Positions 23,570-36,205 of a stretch of 64,000 bases of DNA are shown here, piece by piece (position 1 is the first letter of the stretch; every line of letters starts with the position of its first letter). The DNA is from Squalus acanthias (lineage: Eukaryota): positions 8,122,001 to 8,186,000 of the forward strand of contig CM059452.1 of the NCBI GenBank assembly GCA_030390025.1, read 5' to 3'. Under the pieces are notes generated by a model. That model was not told where the DNA came from and did no database searches. It saw only the letters and a list, made by a program, of their open reading frames with translations. A program made the translations under genes and the position numbers.

Positions 23570-24620
23570 AGAGTCTCACGCCTTTTATTGCATTTTGTCC
23601 ATTTCTACTTGCCATTATCCAGCCCAAGCTCGGGTTATATTTGGGTTTCAAGGCATATGTTACACTCTTCAACGTGATAATATCTAGTTGAAAGAGTAGT
23701 CTTGCTTAAGATCGAGATAAAGATCATGGTTGAAGGTATTTTAGGGTGAGGGTTTTAGGTTAGCGTTAGCGTCTTTGGTGTTGGAGTCATTAGGGTTAGT
23801 GTATTTACGGTTCAGGTAGGGGTTAGGGTTCGGGTTAGGGTTCGGTTTAGGGATCGTGTTTGGGAATAGTGTTGGTGTTGGGGTGGGTTAGGGCTACGGT
23901 TTGTGAGATAGGGTTAGTGTTCGGGTAGGGGTTAGCGTTCGGGTTAGTGTTGGTGCTGGAGTTCGGGTTCGGTTTCGGGTTAGGGTAAGGGTTTATGAGA
24001 TAGGGTTATGGTAAGGGTTAGAGTAGGGTTTCCATAGTATTTGGGTTAGTTTTTTGGGACATACTTTAGGTTTGACTCTGGATCAGCGTTTTCGTACTTT
24101 ATATTTGATTGAGGCCATTTGGTAACTGGGTTTCTAATTTTGCATTCCAGCATCTCTCTCTTCTTCCTTTGTGGGATTGGCCAGCTCATATTGGTTTCAA
24201 GCCCCATAATTTCAAGGGACTGAACCCCACGTTCCATCAAAAGTCTGGTGATAGCTTTCTTTTCATGTTCTGTTCTAGTGGCACTGAGGTGCCCTGTAAG
24301 CCTGGTTCTTTGATTGTTTCCTGTTCCTCTTTATATAAGATGTTTTCATCGGATTGCCATAGATTACATTGGGCTGTTCACATGCAATCTTTTGGTTTAT
24401 TAAGGCTGTCTTCCCCGTGCTCCTGTTTTCTATCATTTTTTGGATTTTTATGTATTTAGATGTCCCACTATGCTTGTCACGCCAGTTTTGCATTGCCTGT
24501 ACTCTGCTGCCGACCAACACGTCATTTAGATTCTTGCCTCTTTTAATAACTGATGTTATGCTGTATGGCTGAGTCCGCACATCCCCTTTCAGTTTTTCAA
24601 AATGCTTTAATTACTCTGTT
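23570..24620 (-). mobile_element. Degenerate Penelope-like remnant of a second family (GIY-YIG C-terminus + 3' region)
   Basis: KRGKNLNDVLV, CEQPNVIY, QRKKRE..ETQLPNGLN motifs across broken frames; followed by telomere-like tract and AATAAA. Confidence 0.55.
23740..24050 (+). repeat. Degenerate interstitial telomeric-like repeat (TTAGGG)n
   Basis: Hexamer-phased TTAGGG/TTCGGG/TTAGTG/TTAGCG units over ~310 bp. Confidence 0.85.
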
Positions 24621-24639
24621 AATTTGTTGGGCCATTTGA

Positions 24640-26365
24640 GTCAGGGCCTAGTGTAATATAAACAGAGATAGGGCCTAGTGCAGTATATCTGAGACAGGGC
24701 CGAGTGTAATATAAACAGAGACAGGACCTGGTTTAATATAAACAGCGACAATGTCTAGGGCAGCAAAATCTGAAACAGGGCCTAGTATAATATAAAAAGA
24801 GACAGAGTCTAGTTCAGTATAATTGAGACAGGGCCTAGTGTAATATTAACAGAAACAGGGCCTAGTTTAATATAAACAGCAACAATCTCTAGGGCAGTGA
24901 TAACTGAAACAGGGCCTAGTATAATATAAACAGAGACAGAGTCTAGTTCAGTATAACAGAGACAGGGTCTAGTGTAATATATAACAGAGACAGGGACTAG
25001 TGCAGTATAACTGAGACAGGGCCAAGTGTAATATAAACAGAGACAGGGTCTAGTGTAAAATAAACAGAGACAGTGTCTAGTGTAATATAAACAGAGACAG
25101 GCCCCAGTGCAGTATAACTGAGACGGGGCCTAGTGTAATATAAACAGAGACAGGGCCTAGTTTAATATAAACAGTGACAGGGTCGAGTACAGTAATAAGT
25201 GAGACAGTTAGGCCCTACCTCAGTTATACTCATCTAGACCATGTCTCTGTTTAAAGTACACTAGGACATGTCTAAGTTTCTGCTCCATTGCACCATGTCT
25301 CTGTTCATATTACACAAGCCTGTGCCTCTCTAATTCCTGCACTAGGCCGTGCCTCTGTTTATGTTACATTAGAACGTGTGTCTGTTAAATACACTAGGAC
25401 AAGTCTCAACTATTAGGCAAAATACCCTTTCACTGTTTATATTGCACAATGCCCTGTCTCATTTATCAATGCACTAGACCCTGTCTCATTAATTACTACA
25501 CAAGTCCCTGTCTCTGTTTACATTACACTAGGCTCTGTCTCAGTTATTACTGCACTCGATCAGTTTATTTTCTATATTACACTAGACGCTTTCTCTGTTT
25601 ATATTACCCTAGCACATGTCTCAATTACTGTTGCATTAGACACTGTCTGTGTTTATATTACACTAGACGCTTTCTCTGTTTATATTACACTAGCACCTGT
25701 CTCAATTACTGCTGCAATAGACATTGTCTGTGTTTATATTGCACTAAGGTCCTGTTCCAGTTAATACTGCACTAGACCATGTCTCTGTTTATATTATACT
25801 AGATCCGGTCACAGTTAATACTACGCTAGACCATGCCTCTGCTATATCAAACTAGGCCCTGTTTTTATTATTACTGCAATAGACTATGCCTATATATATA
25901 TTACATTAGGCCCTGTCTTTTTATCACTGCACTAGAGCATGCCTCTCTTTAAATTACACTAGACCCCGACTCAGTTATTACTGCACGAGAACATGTCTGT
26001 GCTTATATTATATTAGACTGCATGCCTGCTTATAACACACGGCTCTGCATCAGATCTTACTGCACTCGACCAAGTCTCTGTAGATATTACACTCGGCCCT
26101 CTCTATTTTATGATTACACCAGACCATACCTCTGTTTACTTTACAATAGGCCCTGCCTACTTTTATATTACACTAGAACCTGTCTCAGTTATTACTACAC
26201 TCGACCATGTCTCTGGTTATAGTGCACTCAAACATGTCTCATTTATTATTGCACTATGCCCTGCCTCTGTTTATATTACAATTAGATCCTATATCAACTA
26301 TCACTATACTAGACCATGTCACTTTGTATATGACACGAGATCATGCCTCTGTTTATATTGCATTA
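24640..26365. repeat. 27-bp satellite, two blocks in opposite orientation (switch at ~25208)
   Basis: 24640-25208 reads TAGTGTAATATAAACAGAGACAGGG; 25209-26365 reads the complement. Confidence 0.9.
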
Positions 26366-28010
26366 GCCAGAAGTGCCGAGTGGATGATCCATATCGGCCG
26401 ACTCCCGAGGTCCCCACCATCACAGAAGCCAGTTTTCAGCCAATTCGATTCACTCCACGTGATATCAAGAAACGGCTGAGCGCACTGGATACACCAAAGG
26501 CTATGGACCCCGACAACACCCCGGCTATCGTGCTGAAGACTTGGGCTCCAGAACTAGCCGCGCCTCTAGCCAAGCTGTTCCAATACAGCTAAAACACTGG
26601 CATCTATCCGACAATGTGGAAAACTGCCCAGGTATGTCCTGTCAACAAAAAGCAGGACAAATCCAACCCGGCCAATTACCGCCCCATCAGTGCTATCAAG
26701 CGGCACTTACTCACCAATAACCTGCTCACTGATGCCCAGTTTGGGTTTTACCAAAATCACTCCACTCCCGACCTCATTACAGCCTTGGTCCAAACATGGA
26801 GAAAGGAGCTGAATTCTAGAGGTGAGGTGAGAGTGACTGCCCTTGACATCAAGGCAGCATTTGACCGAGTCAGCCATCAAGGAGCCCGAGTAAAACTGAA
26901 GTCAATGGGAATCAGGGGGAAAACGCTCCACTGGCTGGAGTCATACCGAGCACAATGGAAGATGGTTGTGGTGGTTGTAGGTCAATCATCACAGCCCCAG
27001 GACATCGCTGCAGGAGTTCCTCAGGACAGTGTCCTCGGCCCAACCATCTTCCGCTGCTTCATCAATGACCTTCCCTCCAACATAAGGTCAGAAATGGAGA
27101 TGTTCGCTAATGACTGCACAGTGTTCAGCGCCATTCACAACTCCAGAGATAATGAAGCAGTCCATGTCCACATGCAACAAGACCTGGACGACGTTCAGGC
27201 TTGGGCTGATAAGTGGCAGGTAACATTCGCGCCACAGAAGTGCCCCAGGCAATGACCATCTCCAACAAGCGAGAGTCTAACCACCTCCGCTTGACATTCA
27301 ATAGCATTACCATCGCCAAATCCCCCACTATCAACATCCTGGGCGTCACCATTAACCAGAAACTTAACTGGACCAGCCACATAAATACTGTGGCAACAAG
27401 GGCAGGTCAGAGGCTAGGTATTCTGTGGCGAGTGTCTCACCTCCTGACTCCCCAAAGCCTTTCCACCATCTACAAGGCACAAGTAAGGAGTGTGATGGAA
27501 TACTCTCCAATTGCCTGGATGAGTGCAGCTCCAACAACACTCAAGAAGCTCGACACCATCCAGGACAAAGCAGCCCGCTTGATTGACACCCCATTCACCA
27601 CCTTAAATATTCACTCCCTCCACCACCGGTGTACCGTGCCTGCAGTGTGTATCATCTACAAGATGCCCTGCAGCAACTCGCCAAGGCTTCTTCGGCAGCA
27701 CCTCCCAAACCCGCGACCTCTTCCACCTAGAAGGACAAGGGCAGCAGGCGCCTGGGAACACCACCACCTCCAATTTCCCCTCCAAGTCACGCACCATCCT
27801 GACTTAGAAGTATATTGCTGATCCTTCATCGTTGCTGGGTCAAAATCCTCGAACTCCCTACCTAACAGCATTGTGGGAGTACCTTCACCACACGGGCTGC
27901 AGCTGTTCAAGAAGGCGGCTCACTAACACCTTCTCAAGGGCAAATAGGGATGGGCAATAAATGCTGGCATTGCCAGCGACGCCCAGATCCCATAAACGAA
28001 TAAAATAAAA
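26366..28010 (+). mobile_element. Non-LTR LINE RT/3' portion with A-rich tail (family distinct from the CR1 copies)
   Basis: KQDKSNPANYRPIS, TALDIKAAFDRV, AGVPQDSVLGP, MFANDCT; tail AATAAATGCTGG..AATAAAATAAAA. Confidence 0.9.
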
Positions 28011-29262
28011 CACTAGACCCTGTCTCAGTTATTACCACACTAGGCCCTGTCTCTGTTTATATTACACGAGTCCCTGTCTCAGTTATTACCGCACTAAACC
28101 ATGTCTCTGTTTATATTACACGAGTCCCTGTCTCAGTTATTACTGCACTTAGACCCTGTCTCAGTTTATATTACACTAGGCCCTGTCTCTGTTTGTATTG
28201 CACGAGTCCCTGTCTCAGTTATTACCGCACTAGACCATGTCTCTGTTTATATTACACGAGTCCCTGTCGCAGTTATTGCTGCACTTAGAACCTGTCTCAG
28301 TTTATATTATGGGAGCTCCCGTAGAATGTGCTGAGGTGGTACATCAATGCAAGGTTTTCTTGATACATTAATATCAGAAACAGAAATGACATCATCATTT
28401 TCCCAATAGGAGCGATGTCAAACCTTGGCTCTCGTGTTATGGCAACCTGCGGCCACAAGTTAGTAGTGCAAACTTGATTGTTTATATGACACTAGACCAT
28501 GTATCTGTTTGTATTACACTAGATCATGCCTCTGTTTGTATTACACTAGACCCTGTCTCTGTTTGTATTACACTAGACCCTGTCTATGTTTATATTATAC
28601 TAGACCCTGTTTCTGTTTATATTACACTAGACCCTGTCTCTGTTTATATTACACTAGACCCTGTCTCTGTTTATATTACACTAGACCCCGTCTCTGTTTG
28701 TATTGCACTAGACCCTGTCTCTGTATTACACTAGACTCTGTCTCTGTTCATATTACACTAGACCCTGTCTCTGTTTATATTACACTAGACCCTGTGTCTG
28801 TTATTACTGCACTATACCCTGTCTCTGTTCATATTGCACTAGATCTTGTCTTAGTTATTACTGCACTAGACCATGCCTCTATTTTTATTATGCAAACTTT
28901 GTCTCAGTTATATTTTTTGAGACCTTGTCTCTGTTTACATTACACTAAACCCTCTCTCTCTCTCTGTTTATATTACACTAGACACTGTCTCCGTTATCAC
29001 TGCACTGGACCCTGTCACTGTTTATATTACACTAGACCCTGTCTCAGTTATTACTGCTTTGAACATATCTCTGTTTACATTACACTAGGCCCTGACGATT
29101 TCCTTTCTCTCGTTGACATTATTTCTGTTTATATTATACTTATGCCTGTCTCAGTTATTACTGCACTCGACCATGTCTCTGTTTATATTACACTAGAACC
29201 TGTCTCTATTTAGATTACACTAGACCCTGTCTCAGTTATTACTGCACTCGACCATGTTTCTG
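28011..29262 (+). repeat. 27-bp satellite (with ~170-bp interruption)
   Basis: Same unit as 19921. Confidence 0.9.
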
Positions 29263-30090
29263 TAAGATAGACAGACAGATGATAGATAGAGGGGTAGATA
29301 GATATTGGTCATCGTAAAGATATACATTTGCGTGTGCGAGATGATGCAATTATTTTTTTTACTTAGATGCACGTTTATTCTTGTTAATTGCTATCAGCAG
29401 CTGCGTGTAATTTCTAATTGATCTAGTTAATGTCGGTAATATTTGTGTTGAAAGGATGGGGTGAATCTTGGATCAATCACCCAGAGGTGAACTGGGATTT
29501 AGGGACAGGACTAAAGGTGAGTGCCAGTGCACTGAACTTTGCACCACTGAGTGGCAAACTCTTGTGTTAAAGTTTACTAATTCACACTTGTGTTGTCCTG
29601 TGCCAATTGCTCACAGTTTGTAATGTTAAGGATTGTTTTCCTGCAGTATTTTCTGTTGCGCTTTCGCGGGACCCACTGATTTTGTGACAGAGCCTGGAAC
29701 CGTGACCTCACAGCACCGCCGGATGGGCGGCCGCGGGGTCCTAATGACCACCCTGTTCACTAAATTACATCTGGTTCAGAGGAACAACTGAAAGGAACAC
29801 ACAAAAAGCGTCTGCTGTATGATGTGTGGGTGTAAATAACACATCATTTTTAATGTTTGCAAGTGCATTCCACAAAAATAAATGATTATCTTCACCAGTT
29901 ATTTTTCACCATTTTATTTCCTTTTATTCAAAATGTAATTGCAGATCGTTCAATATCTTTAACATTTATTGATATCCCATTGTCTTGCATACTCTTGTTT
30001 AGAACGTGATGTCACACTGACCATTCCGTTACCAAGGCGAGCATGTCTGTCCGCAGTATTCAGTTGGAAAGAGGATTAATTCACACCGAG

Positions 30091-30917
30091 GATAGAAGAT
30101 AGGGTCAGGAGTAGGCCATTCGGCCCCGCGAGTCTGCTCCGTCATTTAATGAGATCATGGCTGATCATCCAAATTCAGTACCCTGTCCCTGCTTTCTCCC
30201 CATATCCCTTGATCCCTTTAGCCTTAAGAAATATATCTATCTCCTTCTTGAATATATTTAATGAATTGGCCTCAACTGCCTTCTGTGGTAGAGAATTCCA
30301 CAGGTTCACCACTCTCTGGGTGAAGAAAATCCTCCTCATCTCAGTCCTAAATGGCTTACCCCTTATCCTTAGACTGTGATCTCTGGTTCTGGACTCCCCC
30401 GCCATCGGGAACATCCTGCATCTAGTCTGTCTAGTCCTGTTAGAATGTTATAAGTTTCAATGAGATCCCCTCTCATTCTTCTAAACTCTAGCGAATATAA
30501 GCCTAATCGACCCAATCTCTCTTCATACGTAATTCGTGCCATCCCAAGTATCAGTCTGGTAAATCTTCGCTGCACTCCCTCCATGGCAAAAACATCCTTC
30601 CTCAGATAAGGCGACCAAAACTGCACACAATACTCAAGGTGTGGTCTCACCAAGGCCCTGTACAACTGCAGCAAGACATCCTTGCTACTGTACTCGAATC
30701 TTCTCGCTGTGAAGGCCAACATACCATTTGCTTCTTAACCGCCTGCTGCACCTGCATGCTTACCTTCAGCGACTGGTGCACAAGGACACTCAGGTCTCGT
30801 TGCACTTCCCCTTTTCCCAATCTATTGCCGTTCAGATAATAATCTGTCTTCCTGTTTTTGCCACCAAAGTGGATAACCTCGCATTTATCCACATTATACT
30901 GCATCTGCCATGCATCT
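30091..30917 (-). mobile_element. CR1 LINE 3' fragment (same subfamily as 4176-4762)
   Basis: MQYNVDKCEVIHFG..RPHLEYCVQFWSPY..GIKGYGEKAGTGY. Confidence 0.92.
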
Positions 30918-30919
30918 GC

Positions 30920-31180
30920 ATATACTGAGGAAATGCTGCACTCGTGCCGTCTTTCCGATGAGGTGTTAGATGTCTGCCCTTTCAGGTGGATATAAAAGAT
31001 GCCATGGCCACTATTGGAGTAAGAGCAGCGTAGTTCTTCCTGGTATCCTGAGCCAATATTTATCCCGCACCCAACTTCACTTAAAACATGTTACCTTGTT
31101 ATTATCACATTGCTGTTTATGGGATCGTACTGTGCGAAAAATATCTGCTGCATTTCCTACATTACAACAGTGACTACACC
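30920..31180 (+). mobile_element. SINE fragment
   Basis: Homologous to SINE body at 1640-1890. Confidence 0.65.
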
Positions 31181-31427
31181 AGCGACCACCAGGAAAAGCG
31201 ATAGGATTTCGTGGTACCGGCAATTACCGGGCTGGGCACCGGAAGTTACAATCTCCGCCTATCAGGGTAATGCAACCGACGGGAGCGGAGTGTTCAATTT
31301 GTTTGTTGACAGAAGGAGGCGTTATAACATTTTCGGTGTGCGGGAAACCGCGGCTCCAGAATCCGGGGTGTATTACTGTGCGAACACGCACGTTGGGGCA
31401 AACGGTGAGACATCCTGTACAATAAGT
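31181..31427 (+). pseudogene. TCR alpha/delta-type V remnant, 5' part displaced by LINE/SINE; 23-RSS
   Basis: ISWYRQLPGWAPEVTISAYQG..ESGVYYCAN then CACGTTG-23bp-ACAATAAGT (31389-31427); possible FR1 remnant at ~30002-30090. Confidence 0.8.
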
Positions 31428-31984
31428 CTCGTCTATCTCAATCATCGAGATCAGGACTTTTAACCTCACCATCTTGGGTCCCCCTTTAGAAAACAAACAT
31501 TCAGAATTGCAGTATTGCCATTTAGTGTCACCTGACAATGGTCTACAGGGTTAAAGAAAGTGTTAATGGTGTCGCCACTTTAAATGGACGCACTTGTAGG
31601 AATCCCTGAGGGACTGGGTTACCCAGTAACCGTGATTTCACTGGGATACATCAATATGGTGGTGTCATAGCATTAAATACTCACTTGGGAAGCTACAGTC
31701 GTCAGGGCAACTTGGAATGGTCAATAAATGCCGGCCTTGCCAGCGACGCCGACGTCCAGAGAATGAATTAAAAAAAACTTAATATAACATTGTATGGCGT
31801 TTTCAGTTTTATTATTTTGTGTCACTTCAAATGAAATAAATGAAAATGGAAGTTACTACAATATTTAGCTCCGTGGTGGTTTAATTTTTCCCTGCAGTAA
31901 ACATCCTGTTCACAGTAAAATAAATAAGAACAAAGTGAATACTTAGTTTGACCAATTCGACAAATACGCATTTACCCGAAGCCA

Positions 31985-31998
31985 CCACCAGGTGGCGC
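31985..31998 (+). promoter_or_regulatory. CTCF-binding motif
   Basis: CCACCAGGTGGCGC, near-perfect consensus. Confidence 0.65.
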
Positions 31999-32660
31999 GC
32001 CTGTCTGTCAGGAGCTTTCAGATTGATATAGGACTTAAAGACAATCAAAAATTTCCGCTTCTGTTTGTCTTATACAATGAAAGCATCGAGACCAAAGGCC
32101 GTACGGACGTCACGGTAACTATAAAGAGGACGGAGAAGAGAAGGAAATATGAGGTAAATATTCATTTAAAGGAGTAAAGAAGGGGAATGATTTAGGGGTT
32201 CAGATACAGAAACTTTGGAAGAAGTTGATGATGCTGTAAAATTCTATGATTCTAAGACCACGATGACCATTTGAGATAGAAATACGTCAGAGATCAAATC
32301 TTCCTGAACAATTTAATCTGTCGTTACACACAGTTACCAGTGGAATTCCTTCCCAGTGACGATTTAAGGGGTCTCTGGTTTGATGGACAGCCAATCCCCG
32401 AGTGGGACTGTGAATGACGTCAGGTGACAACATCCCATAATAGGCCGATTGGTGAGAATGTGGCCCATCAGTCCCACACTGCACGGAGTGAAAGTGAAGC
32501 TCTCCCCTCTCCTTCCCCTCCCAACCATTGAAAGTCCGGGACTCGGCAGCAAGGTCTAGTCTGGAAATCAGACCCTGTCCTTTTCTATGTTTGGTTGTAC
32601 AACATACAGAGTAAATAGATGGACAGACAAAGATCTAGCCTTTTGTCCATCGTCATCGTC

Positions 32661-33127
32661 ATGAACAGGAACCTCGGCAAAGACCTGTTTCCAGTTGGAG
32701 CCCTGGTGTTGATGATGTTGTGTGAGTTCATTGATCAGCTCAGACGCCTTGTTTCATTAATCTCTTAATAGCTTGTGGTTGTTGAGTGAGTTTGTTTTGT
32801 TCACAGCCGTTCGGTGTGAGGATCGGATCTCACCCGCTGAGCAGGTGGTGTCTCGGGAAGGGGAACGGGCTGAACTGGACTGCCGGCTCTCCGTTGGTAC
32901 TGGGGATACCGTAGTCTGGTACAGACAAGCACTGACGGGGGCGCCGACATTTATCGGCTCCATATACCAGGGAAATGAGACTACAGGACGCTACAAACTG
33001 TCTTTTGACCGAGTGAATAAGTCCAACACCATCTCTATGGACGGCACCTCGGCCAGAGACGCCGGAGTGTATCACTGTGCGGTGGAGACACAGTGAGGCA
33101 AAGAGCGGCTCCAGCTATACAATATCC
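32661..33127 (+). CDS. TCR alpha/delta-type V gene, intact (leader 32661-32721; V 32807-33088; 23-RSS 33089-33127)
   Basis: MNRNLGKDLFPVGALVLMML|SVRC-EDRISP..LDC..WYRQ..DAGVYHCAVE; CACAGTG-23-ACAATATCC; TGACGTCA at 32415. Confidence 0.88.
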
Positions 33128-33346
33128 TGTTCGCTGCCGAGTCTCCGCTGCACCCTTAACCTTTCCTCAAATCAAGTACTTTAGAAATGCCGGTGACAGT
33201 CAGAAATGTTAGTTTCCCGTGTTCAAACTTCCATCTGGATAAAGTTACAACATCTTATAGCTATAACTACAGAGACAGTGAATCGAAACATATTAACTCA
33301 GATTTTCTATGTTTGGTTGTACAACATACGGAGTAAATAGATGGAC

Positions 33347-33714
33347 NNNNNNNNNNNNNNNNNNNNNNNNNNNNNNNNNNNNNNNNNNNNNNNNNNNNNN
33401 NNNNNNNNNNNNNNNNNNNNNNNNNNNNNNNNNNNNNNNNNNNNNNNNNNNNNNNNNNNNNNNNNNNNNNNNNNNNNNNNNNNNNNNNNNNNNNNNNNNN
33501 NNNNNNNNNNNNNNNNNNNNNNNNNNNNNNNNNNNNNNNNNNNNNNNNNNNNNNNNNNNNNNNNNNNNNNNNNNNNNNNNNNNNNNNNNNNNNNNNNNNN
33601 NNNNNNNNNNNNNNNNNNNNNNNNNNNNNNNNNNNNNNNNNNNNNNNNNNNNNNNNNNNNNNNNNNNNNNNNNNNNNNNNNNNNNNNNNNNNNNNNNNNN
33701 NNNNNNNNNNNNNN
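33347..33714. other. Assembly gap (368 N)
   Basis: Run of N. Confidence 1.
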
Positions 33715-33784
33715 TGTATCCACTCAATTTGTTTCATTCTCCTTGCATGTATCATTATGTTAATTCTTGTTCTTGGTTTGACAG

Positions 33785-34104
33785 CTGCGCCTTGTCACTC
33801 GGAGACTTTCCAAATATCGGTTTATCGGGGAACCGAAGCACAAACCATTTCGCTTCATCACAAAGCTACTTTCGCTACAAATGATTTCGTATTCTGGTAC
33901 CGGCAGTTCTCCAATCAGGCTCCCGAGTATCTCAGCTCCACATTCAGAGAAGAAAGAGTTGAGGGCAGGTTTAAAGTGTCTGTGGACCGTGAGAAAGGCT
34001 CCACCACTCTCACCGTTAACACGGCTCGCCTGTCAGATGCCGTGCTGTATTACAGTGCGGTGAGACACGGTGAAACAAAGAGGTGAGGAGCCTGAACAAG
34101 AACT
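33785..34104 (+). CDS. TCR-type V exon with open frame but lacking both canonical cysteines; 23-RSS 34066-34104
   Basis: tttgacag| acceptor; TISLHHK..FWYRQFSNQAPEYL..GRFKVSVD..SDAVLYYSAVR; CACGGTG-23-ACAAGAACT; leader probably in gap. Confidence 0.75.
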
Positions 34105-34339
34105 CACTCATCCCGGGGACCGAGGAGACTCCCAGCCCACGGGTTTCAGAAGCAAGAGCGATAAAAGTAGAATCAGTAACAAGGTAATTAAAATGAGTAA
34201 AGTAAATCATCAGAACCATTTAATAGAATAAAAATAAGATTTATTGTTTATTTGGAAATACAAGTTCATTTTTTCACAATTTCAACCATAATCGTCCCTG
34301 ATCCTGCCGGAACTTCTCGATTATCTCTCCCGTACGGGA

Positions 34340-34760
34340 CCTGCCCTGGGAGTGTTTGATGGGACAGTGAAGAGGGAGCTTTACTCTGTATGTAACCCGT
34401 GCTGTACCTGCCCTGGGAGTGTTTGATGGGACAGTGTAGAGGGAGCTTTACTCTGTATCTAACCCGTGCTGTACCTGCCCTGGGAGTGTTTGGTTGGACA
34501 GTGCAGAGGGAGATTTACTCTGCATCTAACCCGTGCTGTTCCTGTGCTGCGAGTATTTGATGGAATGTGTAGAGGGAGCTTTACTCTGTATCTAACCCGT
34601 GCTGTACCTGCCCTGGGAGTGTTTGATGGGACAGTGTAGAGGGAGCTTTATTCTGTATCTAACCCGTGCTGTACCTGCCCTGGGAGTGTTTGATGGGACA
34701 GTGTAGAGGGAGCTTTATTCTGTATCTAACCTATGTTGTTCCTGACTGGGAGTGTTTGAT
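34340..34760. repeat. 67-bp tandem repeat, opposite orientation to 10240-11225
   Basis: CTGCCCTGGGAGTGTTTGATGGGACAGTGTAGAGGGAGCTTTACTCTGTATCTAACCCGTGCTGTAC, ~6 copies. Confidence 0.9.
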
Positions 34761-35230
34761 GCGCAAAATTGCTTAAAAAAAATTACCTTGATGAGGAATA
34801 TATATAGTTTGGACTCAGCATTCAGATTAATCCGCAGCAGCCAAATATGAATCATCTTTGATTCATGGAGTTACTGAATTGTGATTGATCTCCAGATTGG
34901 ATGATTAGAAATGTAGAAAAACTTACATTTTTACGAAATTAACAATCTAAAATTACCAATTGTGGAATTATTAACGTGAAGTTTATCTAGTTTATGCAAA
35001 TGAACAGGTATTGTGTTCGTTACTTGGGCATACCAGAAAACTGACATAAGATATCTAAGAATTAATATCAAATAGCAACGATAGCAAAAGCAAAGCAATA
35101 AAATGGCAGCAGTTACAGTAATAATAACAAAATAATCACAATAATAAACTGGTACAATAATAATCCTGTATAATCATTAATAAATTGAGAAACAATGTTT
35201 CACAGACAGGTTGCCAGTGTCCTCCTTTCG

Positions 35231-35244
35231 CCACTAGATGGCGC
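35231..35244 (+). promoter_or_regulatory. CTCF-binding motif
   Basis: CCACTAGATGGCGC. Confidence 0.65.
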
Positions 35245-35516
35245 TAAAGCACCACATCTTTGGCCAAAATTTTCAGAGCCGTCAGTTTAACGGTTTCACA
35301 GGTGACAGCTGGGGATTCCAGGAAATACTTCTGTGTATTTAGGGCAAGAGCCACTATAAACAGCAGGTGTTACGGCACGGGAGACTGACAGCGAACTCTC
35401 GGTGTCACTGTGTTTCATGGACTAAAGTTACTGTGAGGGCCGATAAGGGATGATAACAATTCCTCAATCCAAAATGTTTCCTCAGTGTGTCATAAACAGA
35501 CAGTTGTGTAGATCAT

Positions 35517-36205
35517 ACACTGGGCCCTCTCTCAGTTATTACTGCACAAGACCCTGTCTCTGTTTATATTACACTAGACCCTGTCTCTGTTTATATTACA
35601 CTCGGCCCTGTCTCTGTTTATATTACACGAGTCCCTGTCTCTGTTTATATTACACTAGACCATGTTTCTGTTTATATTACACTGGGCCCTGTATCAGTTA
35701 TTACTGCACTAGACCATGTCTCTGTTTATATTACACTAGACCCTGTCTCTGTTTATATTACACTAGACCCTGTCTCTGTTTATATTACACTAGGCCCTGT
35801 CTCTGTTTATATTTCACTAGGCCCTGTCTCTGTTTATATTACACTAGGCCCTGTCTCTGTTTATATTACACTAGGCCCTGTCTCTGTTTATATTACACTG
35901 GACCCTGTCTCTGTTTATATTACACTAGGCCCTGTCTCTGTTTATATTACACTGGACCCTGTCTCTGTTTATATTACACTGGACCCTGTCTCTGTTTATA
36001 TTACACTGGACCCTGTCTCTGTTTATATTACACTAGACCCTGTCTCAGTTTATATTACATTAGACCCTGTCTCAGTTATTACTGCAATGGACCCAGTCTC
36101 TGTTTATATTACACTGGGCCTTGTCTCAGTTATTACTTCACTAGACCATGTCACTGTTTATATTACACTAGATCCTGTCTCATTTATGACTGCAATGGAC
36201 CCAGT
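35517..36205 (+). repeat. 27-bp satellite
   Basis: Same unit; gives YYTRPCLCL repeat ORF. Confidence 0.92.

Noticed and set aside
28474-29213. Cys/Tyr-rich ORFs (YYTRPCLCL)n, also at 25449, 35450 and 38709
   Set aside because: Read-through of a 27-bp (9-codon) satellite; no gene structure
29480-29530. J-like TTTAGGGACAGGACTAAAG|gtgagt
   Set aside because: No RSS, and FGxG appears only after assuming an indel
33267-33884. ORFs with poly-X
   Set aside because: Artefacts of the N gap
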